DNA of 60,857 bases, counting the filler, from Nemertoderma westbladi (Eukaryota > Animalia > Xenacoelomorpha), in NCBI GenBank assembly GCA_032718475.1. It is 3 parts of 3 records of this genome, joined end to end, with 100 filler letters (N's around TTAATTAATTAA, not from the genome) between each part and the next. Parts side by side here need not be neighbours in the genome. Positions count along the whole stretch, not along the records: positions 23,241 to 50,204 come from JAUCBJ010005550.1; positions 50,305 to 60,857 come from JAUCBJ010008506.1; 1 more part is not named here. The stretch is one strand, 5' to 3'. Position 1 is the stretch's first letter. Each line of letters starts with the position of its first letter. A model generated the notes under the pieces. The model worked only from the letters and a program-made list of their open reading frames with translations. It did no database searches and was not told the DNA's origin. The position numbers and the translations under genes were made by a program. Below, piece by piece: positions 48,701-60,437 of this stretch.

Positions 48701-49678
48701 ATATAACTTTACCTCGCGCGTGACTAACCTGGGAATCGCCACTGTCTCTAGATGCGTCATCGGGTGGAGTTAACGTTCTCTGTTGGATGTTGTCCGTCGT
48801 CGGTAGCACCTGGCCCGGTACCACCACTCCACTCTGCATCAGCCAGCTGGTAACTTCCCGCTGATAACGGCGCCCTTCTTTATCCTGCGTTTCTTCCCGC
48901 TCCACTAAATCTCTCGACTCTGCGTCACTCACCTGAGTCGCCTGCGCTTGTGATGCCCATAGCAGCCAGTTATCCGTCCTAACTCGTCGAAATCGCTCCG
49001 ATAACGCGCGGTGCTCTAACAAGGCTGCTAAAACCCTATCATAAACCCTCGTCGCCACGTCGCTCGACTGAGACTCCACTGCTCTCTTTGCTAGGACTGC
49101 AAGCTCCTCCGTCTGCTTGAATAACGCTGAGTTATATCCCCTTCTAATCTCTACTAACCCTTCCCTTCCGATGTTCGCTGAGTCGGCTAACATCTTCCTT
49201 ACCTTGTCCGTCGTCCGAGTTATATGTCCGGCGTACGCGCGAAGTTTCTTCTTTATCGCGATGTCAAGTTCTCTCTCGCTTACCTGACTTACACTTGGTG
49301 GACTTGAAGGATTATTTTGGGAACTACGGGTACTCCTTACAGCCGCTGGGACCACGGCACTTACCATACCCACAGGTCTGGAAACCGGGCTCGGGCTCTC
49401 GCTTCTGCTACACTACCCTCCCTATCACTCACCTCTGTCCGGGCTGCTGTGCAGTCCTTCCTTACAGTAGTGGTAGGGGATCCTAATACTATTACTTGAG
49501 GTTGTTGTTCTTCCTCACTAGTCACTGTCTCGTCCTCCTGTTCACTTACGTCAGCATCGCTCGCTGCGTCGTCATAGTCGGAATTGTCATCAACAGTAAT
49601 ATTAACGCTATCGTCAGTCGGCGGTCCAGCCGCCGTCTCATAGCTGTCCTCTAGTGCCTCTTTGTCTGAGACACTCAT
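45783..49678 (-). pseudogene. BEL/Pao gag and start of the aspartic protease, in three frameshifted pieces (49361..49678, 48264..49373, 45783..48227)
   Basis: ATG at 49678, an acidic N-terminus and an E/R coiled coil. DUF1759-like PQKFMGNHKHWSTFK, three zinc knuckles (CQYC..H..C, CWAC..H..C, CMEC..HH..LH) and protease motif VMLDTAS. Confidence 0.93.
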
Positions 49679-50204
49679 AGTCTAAGTAATGTTTTGCCTT
49701 CCGGCAAAAATCTCGCAAAATTTCGAGATATAATTATAATTTAACCGAAAATACAGTCAAATTATTTGTCTAATAATTAGTTGGTCCAAAATGTCAAAAT
49801 AAATTCGCAATGCAATATTGTGAATTTAATAGGGTATAGTTATAGCAAATACTAGCACAATATTAAAACAAAATTATTATTATATAGCTATTATATAGCA
49901 ATTAAATACCGGTATGACACAAAATAATTTCTGAATCTAATACAAAATATTCAGAATGAATTTGCCACCCAAATAATTCCAATTTTGCATATATAGCTCT
50001 AATCAACGTAATTTTTAATTTCAAATATTATATGTATCCACTAGCGCGTGGCTACATCTTCGGGTTGCGACTCTCTCTAACTCTCTCTCTAACTTGAGCG
50101 ATTCAAAAAACCATGGCCGGCTAAACCTAACTAACCTAACTAATAAATTGAGTTCAGCTTCGCAGTTAAACAACCGATAATTTTTTACTGCTTCCACAAA
50201 CACA

Positions 50205-50304
50205 NNNNNNNNNNNNNNNNNNNNNNNNNNNNNNNNNNNNNNNNNNNNTTAATTAATTAANNNNNNNNNNNNNNNNNNNNNNNNNNNNNNNNNNNNNNNN
50301 NNNN
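50205..50304. other. Artificial contig spacer (44 N + TTAATTAATTAA + 44 N)
   Basis: Identical to 23141-23240. Confidence 0.98.
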
Positions 50305-50357
50305 GAAGACATCTTAATTTGGTGGGTTAAACTGCCAAAGGTCTGAAAGCGCGAACA
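50305..50357 (+). mobile_element. Last 53 bp of a third LTR family A copy
   Basis: Matches the reverse complement of 3368-3420 and ends GCGCGAACA. Confidence 0.9.
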
Positions 50358-50716
50358 ATATTTCTGTAAATATTTATGATTAAAAGTAAACTTTTATACA
50401 ATATATAATAAATTAAAAAAATAGGAAATTTCCGAAAAAATATCTAGGAAAGTTCCCTAAATTTTCTTAAATTTCCTGACTCGGATCCCCAACCCGGGCG
50501 GATATATTAAGCCTAACACAATCACGTACCAACTCACATATTACCATATTTCATTAATATAAAAAATTACATTAATTTAGGCAGTAGGTCTAGCTACAAA
50601 TAAACGAGATCCAACACCATATGAAACTACCTCACGAAGGTGAGTAATATACCTGCATTTAAATATTTCCAGACCTTTTATATACTGTAGTCTCTAAGAA
50701 ATATGAATCTACTTAC

Positions 50717-53383
50717 TGGATATTTCCTTCAACCCCTGAGGAGCGTTAAACCTTCTCTCGTGCTCCCCCTCGGGCCGACGACCGCCGTCTATGTGCAGCT
50801 GTAGAGACGTCGACTCATCTTGGTCCACAACCTCCATGGCACGCTTAAAATCCTTTAGATAAGGATTGCAGTTCTTGAGAACGTCCTGTAATTGTTCCAG
50901 GAGTCCCATTAATACATCCTTCTCCCTCGACGAAACGGATCCCGGAAGAACCATGTTTTTCCACCGCAGCTCGGTTTCCTTATCAGCAAGGCTCGGATCC
51001 AGGACGTAAAGCTGTGAGAAGGCAGGCTGGCTGCCGTCATCAGCGCGAAGTGGCCCCATCAGAACGGCTACCTTCCCTTGGATGATAACCGAAGGCGAAT
51101 AGTTTCCACCTAAAACAAAATTAATTACTACATAATAAAATGAAATTGATTAAAACCAATATCCCATAAATTATTTACAGATTTGTACAGGCCAACGACT
51201 CGAGTAAAGTTAGTTAAAGTAAAGATCAGAGTTGCGTTGCACTGACGATTTATAGAGGTAATAGCAATAACTTTAGTCTGTAAGATATAAACAGAGCGAG
51301 GCGGTTTTTTCTTCATCCAAGGTACTGGTCTTCTTCATGTTTATATAATAATGTACACTTACTCTGGCGTCCCGAATAGACGGGGTGGTGGAAAAATTTA
51401 ATTATGCTAATAGTCGGGATGGAATGGTACTCCACCTTTATATAGATAAAAACAGCATTCCAATACTTGCACTACATTTACAGGGACTTGTGTCAAATAG
51501 GGCACCCTCCTACTCTGATAAGCCGGAAAGTACCTAAACTGTAGTCACTACTACCCGGATATGAAAGAAAAAGGTTACAGAGGCGAGTTGAAAGGAACCA
51601 AAACAATGAATATTAGGTACCGGTATATTGTTATCACCTGCTAAATTTCAGTATTAGAAGATTGACACTAGTACCGGTACCCATGTACACTTATTTAGAA
51701 CTGATGCATTTTTTAACAATGTTTTTGAATAATAAATGAATAAATAATGGGGAAGTGAAATTGAAAAAAAAAACTTTTATATTCCGAATATAATGAGCCC
51801 CAAAATCCCCAATCATGGATGAAAACTCACGAAGTTATGGCATTTGGCCACAAATAAGATTCTCGCTGACCAACTAACACGAAAATCATAAACCTAACCT
51901 CCAAAATCAGGCTAACAAAGTTAACTCTGTTACTAATTTTTGTCAGAGCGGTCCTAAAATTTTGACAGTATAGGCCTAGTGAAATGAAAATAAATGTTAA
52001 TAAAATTTAAGAAAAAACGCACATTTGAAAATTTACATTTTGAAGAAAACTCCAAACCAGAAACAAACAGACAAATGTTATGTCGTGCTGTGCGAAGCGG
52101 AAATATCTACTCATTGTATCTACTCATTTAGTTTCAAGTTGCCCAATATACTATTTTCAAGTTGGCCACTACCGGTGCCTATAGCAGTATAGCATAGGCC
52201 TAAAGGTTGAATAATACCTGTTCTTAAAACTTGAAGAGGGTTACAAGAAAAATTTGAAGAATTGGTGAACGGTGTCACTGGCTGACTGGTACGGATTTGG
52301 GATGAGCCTGAAACTCATTTCAGCTACCTGTACAGGTATACATGTAGGCCTATAAAATAATAGGCCTATTAGAGTACCGGTACCGGTATTGGTTTTATTG
52401 TAATTTAATTACCGGTACCGGTAATTAATTTAGGCCTAATAAATAACAAACATATGTACTAACCCGGAGGACGGGGTGTCTTTACTTTCAAAGATGCCAT
52501 CGATAATCCGTTATTCAGAGCCCGGGATCTGTCCCTGAATATCGAAGACCGTTCATCCTGACCCACGCACAGGGATTGAAAACTATCAGGAGTGTCGGCG
52601 AAAATATCTGATAAAACAGGTGCCGGCTTTCCTGCGCAGCAAATGGCTAGGCCTAGTCCGCTGGACGGCGAGCCCTCCAGTTTGATAAGCGTATCCTGGA
52701 TATTGTATGACACCAGCACATTCTGACATTGCCTTCAAAGATACCACCGACTTTTCTTGCCACGAATTTACTCTGAGGTAACAGCCTCTGGATGGTTCTC
52801 GCATTCGCGGTACTTTGGCGGTCTTGGGCCAACCGGGCCCGCCGATCATCAGGCGACTGATCGGTTCTCACAGCCGCGGTATGTTGGCGGTCTTGGGCCA
52901 ACCGGGCTAGCCGATCTTCAGGCGACTGCTCGGTTCTCACAGCCGCGGTATGTTCGCGGTCTTGGGCCAACCGGGCCCGCCGATCATCAGGCGACTGATC
53001 AGTTCTCACAGCCGCGGTATGTTGGCGGTCTTGGGCCAACCGATCTTCAGGCGACTGCTCGGTTCTCACAGCCGCGGTATGTTCGCGGTCTTGGGCCAAC
53101 CGGGCAGCCGGGCCCGCCGATCTTCAGGCGACTGCTCGGTTCTCACAGCCGCGGTATGTTTGCGGACTTGTCAGCTTGTGCCAACCGAGCCCGCCGATTT
53201 TCGGGCAACTCACTGTCCCTCCTCCAGTCCTCGCAGAAGTTCGCTGGCGATCAAGAGAACGTCTTTGTTCTAGACCACTGTCACTCACTGAAGCTCGTTC
53301 AGCAGCTTTTCTTTGAGCGTCTGCTGATTTCCCCTTTCTCCGAGCAGTCAGCCGTGGTCTCTTCTTTCAGTCTTTGGCGGCAT
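50717..53383 (-). pseudogene. Helitron RepHel gene, N-terminal region, spliced (exons about 52464-53383 and 50717-51109), frameshifted
   Basis: MPPK start, 23-aa STPR-like repeats, and ICCAGK...FRDRSRALNNGLSMAS. A phase-1 GT-AG intron at 51110-52463 joins to GGNYSPSVIIQGK..GPL, PAFSQLYVLD, NPYLKDFK and HERRFNAP, all typical of the region upstream of Helitron Rep. Confidence 0.85.
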
Positions 53384-53400
53384 ATCGTAACTTAGAATTA

Positions 53401-54216
53401 GGGTAAATCTTTTCGACCTACGCGTAGGCCTACGCGTAGCTACGCGTAGCTACGCGTAGCTACGCGTAGTTCGCAACATTGGGTCATATATCACCAGTTT
53501 CAGAGTTTTAACAATAACTACGCGTAGGTGCTACGCGTAGGTCCTACGCGACCTACGCGTAGCTATATATAACTATGCCTATACGTCGTTTATCATTAGT
53601 AGGCTTACGTATTCCAAGCGAGTCAGTACTAAAATAAGACACAATACGCTATGTTCAATAAACAACCCACAACCATCAAATGCTTTCAACAGTAATGTAT
53701 CCTATACCTGCATACTCTATATAGAGGAATACGCGAAGACTACATATTCTTCACTTCATGCGTTGCGGGCGGTAAAATGTGTTAATAATTAATGTTTAGA
53801 GTTCAAAAATAGTTTACAAAGGAAATAGTTCAGTATGTTGAGTAGTTCAGTTAGTCCAGTTCTGTATGTAGAGATATGAGTTTCCGATTCTGTTATTACA
53901 TTTGTCTGATAAATCAGATACCTGACATACCGATACTTGCCTAACAACTCAACCCTACCGGACCTGAAATGAAAAATCATTTTATCAGGACTGCTACGCG
54001 TAGCACCTACGCGTAGCTACGCGTAGCACCTACGCGTAGTTTCAAAATACCTACGCGTAGTTCCAAAATAACTACGCATAGTTTTAAAACACCTACGCGT
54101 ACCGGTAGTTGTTAAAAAGGCAGTAAGTCTGGCCCTACCGGTAAATGACAGGAATGGAAGTTACAAACTACGCGTAGCTACGCGTAGGCCTACGCGTAGG
54201 TCGAAAAGATTTACCC
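53401..54216. mobile_element. MITE (816 bp) with TIRs of about 49 bp and 8-bp TSD TAGAATTA; Merlin-like termini
   Basis: GGGTAAATCTTTTCGACCTACGCGTAGG... and ...CCTACGCGTAGGTCGAAAAGATTTACCC; TSD at 53393-53400 and 54217-54224. Confidence 0.93.
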
Positions 54217-55124
54217 TAGAATTAAAATTGCAAAATTTAATTACAGAGTACCGGTACCGTAACCGGCTGACCGGTAATATGGCTGCATGCTGGCATGGGC
54301 TGTATGACAGTATGAGTATGTATGCTTATGCTGGTATGGCTTATGCTATGCAGCTATGCCAGTCTGCCAGTATGCAGCTATGCCTGTCTGCCTGTCAGCC
54401 TGTATGCTGCTATCTGGCTAGGGCCTATGGCTGTACAGCCAGACAGCTGTAAGGTGAATCAGTGAATGTTTAATAGTTTAGGGTAAGAGGAAGATAAACT
54501 TATAGATACCCATCACCGACATAATTTAAGGCAATCTTTATATGGAACCAGAACTGAAAGTAAATTAATATGTTGTATGTAATACCGGTAATAGGATAGG
54601 CCTAATAAAATATAGTAAGAAGTTGAAGAAGAGTATAAAAAAAAAACCTGATACGACACCAACGAAATACATGTACTCAATCCAGCGTAGGACTGTTAAA
54701 AACCGGCGATGCACAAACAACAAACTAATATAGGTTAAAACAAAGTAGTGTAGAATCGGTAGAACTATTGAAATTTGAATAAGATATGTATGAATTACTA
54801 AAAACTGACGGGGTAGGTTATAGTGTGGCGCAAACAACGTACGTACCATAATTTTAAAAAAGTATTTAAAATATTGACAATAAATTGGTAAATAAGTACT
54901 GTTCTACAGGCTTAAAAACATGTCAATAAACAAATAGTCTAAATTGATACCAAATTTAATTAAAGATTTCTTACGTGCAGATCCGAATGTGAAGCGATTA
55001 GCCTATTGCCTAATGGTCAATAAAAATTAATTAATAAATTATGTATTCCTATATTATTGATACAATTAAAAATGATTTAATTAAAATATTGTAATTAAAA
55101 TGTAGTATTCCTACTGTACCATAG

Positions 55125-55159
55125 GTTTTCATGCGTATATTTGGGCATGAAAGGGTTAA
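55125..55159 (-). mobile_element. Single piggyBac-like terminus
   Basis: The minus strand reads TTAA|CCCTTTCATGCCCAAAT. A partner end was not found in the window. Confidence 0.35.
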
Positions 55160-55264
55160 ATAAATAAATCAATTTATAGACTAGAAATTAAATATAAACC
55201 AATCAATTAAGTTATTGAATTCATTAAATGTAGAGTTACAATTATCACTCATTGAAAAATGTTT

Positions 55265-56039
55265 CTAGGTCCACCACGACGGATAAAATTTCAGATTGAA
55301 GTGCTTATAGTGAGTGTTTAGGCGAGATTTAAAAGTATTTAATGATGGGGAAGTTACTACCGCGTCGGTTAGCGCATTCCATGGTTCAACTACCCGAAAG
55401 TGGAAAGTCGAGTTCCTCTGTAGTAGTCTCGCTCTTGGCTTTTCGAGTTTTAGACTGTGACCGCGCGTGCTGGTCGACGCAAGTGTAAACTTGTTCCTAT
55501 GGTCCACCGATTCGAGCCCCGATAGATAACGGTATACCTGGACGAGGTCTGCCCGATGGCGCCGGTACTCGAGTGTGGGGAGGCCAAGTTCTCGCAGGCG
55601 CGTTGGGTACGGCTTGTCTCGCAGGGTGGCCACTAATCGTGTAGCGCGTCGTTGGACTCCTTCAATTAGCCGTATCTCGCCGATCGATCCTGTGGGGAGA
55701 CCAAACTGTTGATGCGTATTCTAGGGTTGGTTGTACGAGCGCTTTATAAAGATTAATAAAAATTCCTCCATCTAGATGTTTAAATGTTCGATATATCAAA
55801 CAAAGAGTTCGGTTGGCTTTTTTCACTATCGTTGATATATGGTGGCTGAACGAAAGATCCCTTTGAAATATGACTCCCAGGTCTTTTTCTTTATTTGATA
55901 CTTCTATTGTATGGTTGCCGAGGTTGTATGGGAGGTTTGGATTGTCATAACCCAAATGCATCACTTTGCATTTCGAATAATTGAAGGTCAACTGCCAAGT
56001 ACAGCTCCAATCGAAAAGTATGTCCAGGTCCGTCTGTAG
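55265..56039 (-). mobile_element. CR1-clade LINE ORF2 3' fragment, degenerate
   Basis: LQTDLD..FDWS..WQLTFNYSKCKVMHLG, EKDLGV, LEYASTVWSPH, LGLPTLEYRR, TRGHSLKL, RVVEPWNAL. Confidence 0.93.
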
Positions 56040-56410
56040 TTTATTTATTTATTTCACAATTAATATTAAAATTTAAATCGGAAACACACAGATTAAAATA
56101 TTAAAATTAAAGGGAGAAAATCACCAAGGTTCCCTTCCGGGAGCACTAATAGGTAACCTAGCATCGGATCGGAATACTCATTTCGAAACCTTTACTAAAT
56201 ATACAGTATAACAGTAAGTAATTTAAAATTATTGTAATTTATGATGCAATAAACTGGTTAGTTAGGTTTGTAAGTATATCTTTTACTTGGTCACTCAATC
56301 CATTAATATTTTCTTTCAACTCTGTATTTTGTTCTTCCAGCTCTGTAACCTGTTAGGAAATATTTTTATAACTTTTAAGAAATTGTCGCGCTCTCGTCAC
56401 CGTAGTAATC

Positions 56411-56603
56411 ATAATTGAGTTGAGATAATGTCTGGGAGACCTCAGGTGACCAAAAAAGAAAGGGTAACAACAGTTACGAGCTTTCACCCGACAGGGCTTC
56501 TCAAGCCATTTATCAAGCCCTGTCGGGTGAAAGCTCGTAACTGTTGTTACCCTTTCTTTTTTGGTCACCAGAGGTCTCCCAGACATTATCTCAACTCAAT
56601 TAT
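56411..56603. repeat. 193-bp near-perfect inverted repeat (89-bp arms, one mismatch, 15-nt loop), probably derived from a Penelope-like element
   Basis: Arms at 56411-56499 and 56515-56603; contains a hammerhead-like motif. Confidence 0.9.
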
Positions 56604-56837
56604 TTTATAACATTTATGAATTTATCTCAACTTGTCACCACTTACAATATCTATGAAATCGCATGAAACTACATTTAAAATAATAATTTAAAATAACTAA
56701 CAAACTTACATTAATGGCTCCACATTGTCCATCATTTGCCTGTAATAATAAATAAATTATAAATAGCTCTGCCGTGCAATGTAAAAAGACCATAAGTCGC
56801 ATTTTTTCAAAATTCACTTTTTCTGGTTAAGGTTGGT

Positions 56838-57413
56838 TGGAGCAGGTTAAGGCCGGATTTTCTAACCAAAACAATAAACAGTCACTTTACCAAATGAAGG
56901 AAAGGAGCAGGTTGCAGAGGTTAGCCTTTCTAACCAAAACAATAAACGGTCACTTTACTAAATTAGGGAAAGGAGCAGGTTACAGAGGCGGGATTTTCTA
57001 ATCAAAACAATAAACAATCTCTTAACTAATTGAGGGAAAGGAGCAGGTTACAGAGGCGGGATTTTCTAACCAAAACAATAAACGATCACTTAACTAATTG
57101 AGGGAAATGAGCAGGTTACAGAGGCGGGATTTTCTAACCAAAACAATAAACGATAACATTACCAATTAAGAGAAAGGAGAAGGTTACAGAGGCGGGATTT
57201 CCTAACCAAAACAATAAACGATCTCTTAACTAATTGAGGGAAAGGAGCAGGTTACAGAGGCGGGATTTTCTAACCAAAACAATAAACGATCACTTAACTA
57301 TTCAAGGGAAAGGAGCAGGTTACAGAGGCGGGATTTTCTAACCAAAACAATAAACGATCACTTAACTAATTGAGGGAAAGGAGCATGTTACAGAGGCGGG
57401 ATTTTCTAACCAA
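56838..57413. repeat. 68-bp minisatellite, about 8.5 copies
   Basis: Unit GAGCAGGTTACAGAGGCGGGATTTTCTAACCAAAACAATAAACGATCACTTAACTAATTGAGGGAAAG. Confidence 0.95.
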
Positions 57414-58864
57414 CGGTAACGGTATCAAATGGAAACGGTAACGGGGTATAACATGTATAAGTAGTTTTTTCGAGTACGTATGAGTTTATGAACTGATCTG
57501 TGCTGTTGGAAGTAGTGGTGCCGCTATCAGTAACACTACACAGACAGTAGTCATGATCCATTATAAAACTGATAAATTATGTATGTGAAACTGAAAGGTA
57601 TATCCACATTTTCCACAATCCAGTTTGGCCTATCAATTATTTAAAATTTATTAGCACAACCGGTCAGCCGGTAGCCCTACCAATACCGTATTCTAATGGT
57701 AAGGCTACACAGTAGGCCTACAGCAGTACCGGTGCCGGTACCGGTACTAAAATACCGAAAATACCTGCTTAATACCTACATCTGTACAAACAATACAGCA
57801 ATAATACCGGTACTGCAAAATGGTGCTCTATATACTAATACCGGTACTGATAGCAGCCTGGGAGAACAGCAGTAGAGAAACCGGTAGCATGGAACCTAAC
57901 GGTAAATTTCTGGAGGACATAAAAAGTAAAAAAAAAGGACATCATGAGTGATTTAAACGGATAATAAAAATTATTGCGATAGAAAATGTTGAAAAATCCA
58001 CCACATATTACAATATTTTACAAGAAAACTGATATGAGTTGGGGTACAATTGGTGTGGGGACAACGGAACAACAAATGAGGACATGGGAATAAGACGTGG
58101 CCAGGGAAACAGACGTGGACAGACGGATATCCAACGCGACATGGGGAGACCAAATGGTGGTGACGGGGATAACCTATACGGACAACTAGACAACTAAAAA
58201 GGACAACTGAACAACCAATATGGATATCCGGACACATCAGACTGGGGGAGGCCATAATAATAGCAAACCAGTCTGCAATACTCGGACAAAAACAAAAATA
58301 AATGTGAACTGAATAACTAACAGACAGTTTGTGAGACAGTCAAACAGCTGTTGGCTACAGACATGTATGCGTTGTCACTCTCTCTAGGATGCTAACCGTT
58401 TAAATATAATTTCTGTTTGTTCATTTTTTTTTGTTTTGATGAATAAATCTAACATCCTTAATAAAGGGTTTCTTTTTTCACGTGAGCAAATCATTAAATT
58501 AATAATTCAGATAACAACGCTAAATTAATACTTTATGCATTAAATAAACTTACCTGGAGTAGGAAAAGAGCTGACAGCAGATAAAATAGTTTAAGAGTTA
58601 CGGGCAACATTTTTACAGTATTTGTAAATAACTTTGTAACTAAAGTTATGGTAATTTTCTGAGAGAGAATGGTTTTAATGCCTAAAACTCCTCCTATTTA
58701 TAAACTTTTGACAAAGGCAATTACTTATGCAATGAATAAGTCTCATAAAGGCAATCAAAGGCGGCAAGTATTAAGACCTTTATAGAATAATTATTAATAC
58801 CTTAGTATAGATACCACTGTGTGTTAGTTATCACTCTAAATTACATTCTTATGATTAACTGTCA

Positions 58865-59415
58865 CAGAAAGACTGCTGCCGACTGGCTACCAGTTACAGA
58901 CAGACTGTGGGCGTCTGGATACCAGTTAAAGGCAGACTGCTGGGGCCTGGCTACCACTTACAGGCAGACTGCTGGCGCCTGGCTACCAGTTACAGACAGA
59001 ATCCTGGCACCTGGCTACCATGTTACAGGCAGACTGCTGGCGCCTGGCTACCAGATACAGACAAACTGCTGGCGCCTGGCTATCAGTTACAGACAGACTG
59101 CGGGCGTCTGGATATCAGTTACAGGCAGACTGCTAGCGCCTGGCTACCAGATACAGACAGACTGCTGGCGCCTGGCTACCAGTTACAGACAGACTGCGGG
59201 CATCTGAATACCAGATAAGGCAGACTGCTAGCGCCTGCCTACCATAAGATACAGACAGACTGCTGGTGCCTGGCTACCAGTTACAGACAGACTGCGGGCG
59301 TCTGGATACCAGTTACAGGCAGACTGCTAGCGCCTGGCTACCAGATACAGGCAACTGCTAACGCCTGGCGACCAGTTACAGACAGACTGCGGGTGCCTGG
59401 CGACCACTTACATAC
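58865..59415. repeat. Minisatellite of about 32 bp, roughly 17 diverged copies
   Basis: Unit CAGACTGCTGGCGCCTGGCTACCAGTTACAGA. Confidence 0.93.
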
Positions 59416-59424
59416 TGAACAGGT

Positions 59425-59645
59425 ACGTCGCAGCGCAGTGGTTACATCGCGTTTTGGCAACTATCACGTTCGGCAAGAGTCGTAATTCGGAAATAAAGTT
59501 ACGTTTCGGTAAAACAGAGCACATTACACCAGTGTTGCGTGATCTTCATTGGCTGCCTATTCTGCGCTGAATTGATAATAAATTTGCACTTTTGACATTA
59601 CAGTAAGTGTGCCTTAATACAGTAATATGGGTCCGGCCTATCTTA
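59425..59645 (+). mobile_element. L2-group LINE 3' coding fragment
   Basis: Translates EHITPVLRDLHWLP, a characteristic L2 C-terminal motif. Confidence 0.75.
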
Positions 59646-59740
59646 CTGATCTCTGCATCCACACTATCACTGTAGTAGGTCGTCAACCGCAACCCGGTCC
59701 CACTTGGTGTAGTGGTAAAACTGGTAACAGTTAAATACCT

Positions 59741-60049
59741 TGGTGTAGTGGTTGCATTTGCATTGAATTCACATCTCTCTGTAGGTCGCGGGTTCAATCC
59801 CCCCCCCCCCCCCCCCCCCCCCACATGGGCAAGGGCAGTTTTCGTTTCGGCACGAATGCTTTAAAGGGGACTAGCCAGGGCGCATCTGAGCCTTTCATCC
59901 TTAATTGGTAGCTAAATGGGTACAGGTACTGCAGTTTCCTCTGGGGAGTAAAGTTCTGGGGGGACCGCACTGGAAATAAGTCGTCAGACTTTGTGTGTAA
60001 ACCCGCCCCCGGCCTAACGGCCGAAGAAAATTTACTTCACTTTACTTTA
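59741..60049 (+). mobile_element. tRNA-derived SINE
   Basis: A box TGGTGTAGTGG (59741, duplicated at 59705) and B box GGTTCAATCC (about 59790). The central CTGAGCCTTTCATCC...TAAATGGGTAC resembles a conserved metazoan SINE domain (Meta-type, from memory). It ends in a (TTTAC)n tail. Confidence 0.75.
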
Positions 60050-60182
60050 GGGCTACCGGCAGACCGGTAGGCTACTTTTTACAGTGTTTTACTAAAAATA
60101 TCTGCCGGAAGGTAAAGGTCTGCCAGGCTACCCTACCTGTCACCTGTACAGGCAGACAGGTACCGGTAATTATTCAGTAGAG

Positions 60183-60437
60183 CTAGACAGCTAGAGGCTT
60201 ACCTTTTTGATCGATAATAAAAACATCGTAATGTTCCCAGTCCAGCATATCAGATGGTTCCAACATTGATTGTTTTTTAAACTTTTCATTAGATAATCTC
60301 TGGATGTTTGAAGGGTAAGGGCAGTAAGTTACCCGTACCGTTTCGCCATTTCCATCCACCTCATTATCAGTCGACAACCAACGGGTCGGGACTGTTAATA
60401 GACTATTATCGACAATAAACTTCACCACGGAGAACAT
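60183..60437 (-). CDS. Probable first exon of a DNA-transposon accessory ORF (DUF4806/BEN-associated N-terminal type)
   Basis: MFSVVKF..DNSLLTVPTRWL...CPYP...P....WEHYDV pattern; possible donor AAAG|GTAAGC near 60203. Confidence 0.45.
   Translation of the reverse strand: MFSVVKFIVDNSLLTVPTRWLSTDNEVDGNGETVRVTYCPYPSNIQRLSNEKFKKQSMLEPSDMLDWEHYDVFIIDQKGKPLAV

Larger units (their letters stand above)
36008..50204 (-). mobile_element. BEL/Pao LTR retrotransposon, at least 14.2 kb; 5' LTR not present before the gap
   Basis: Order is gag-PR-RT-RH-IN with BEL-type motifs, then an extra ORF region, a PPT and the 3' LTR. Confidence 0.95.

Noticed and set aside
43290-49373. Programmed frameshifting at the breaks in BEL gag-pol
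   Set aside because: About six breaks occur, some inside conserved domains. BEL elements usually have a single ORF, so decay or sequencing indels are more likely.
57971-58255. Cys/His/Pro-rich ORFs as a zinc-finger gene
   Set aside because: There is no regular C2H2 spacing; the composition reflects a degenerate GGACA-rich low-complexity tract.
56838-59415. CRISPR-like arrays (also 15066-15623 and 35477-36006)
   Set aside because: The units are head-to-tail with no unique spacers, there are no cas genes, and the context is eukaryotic.
59741-59800. tRNA gene
   Set aside because: A and B boxes are present but there is no cloverleaf, and a SINE body and tail follow.
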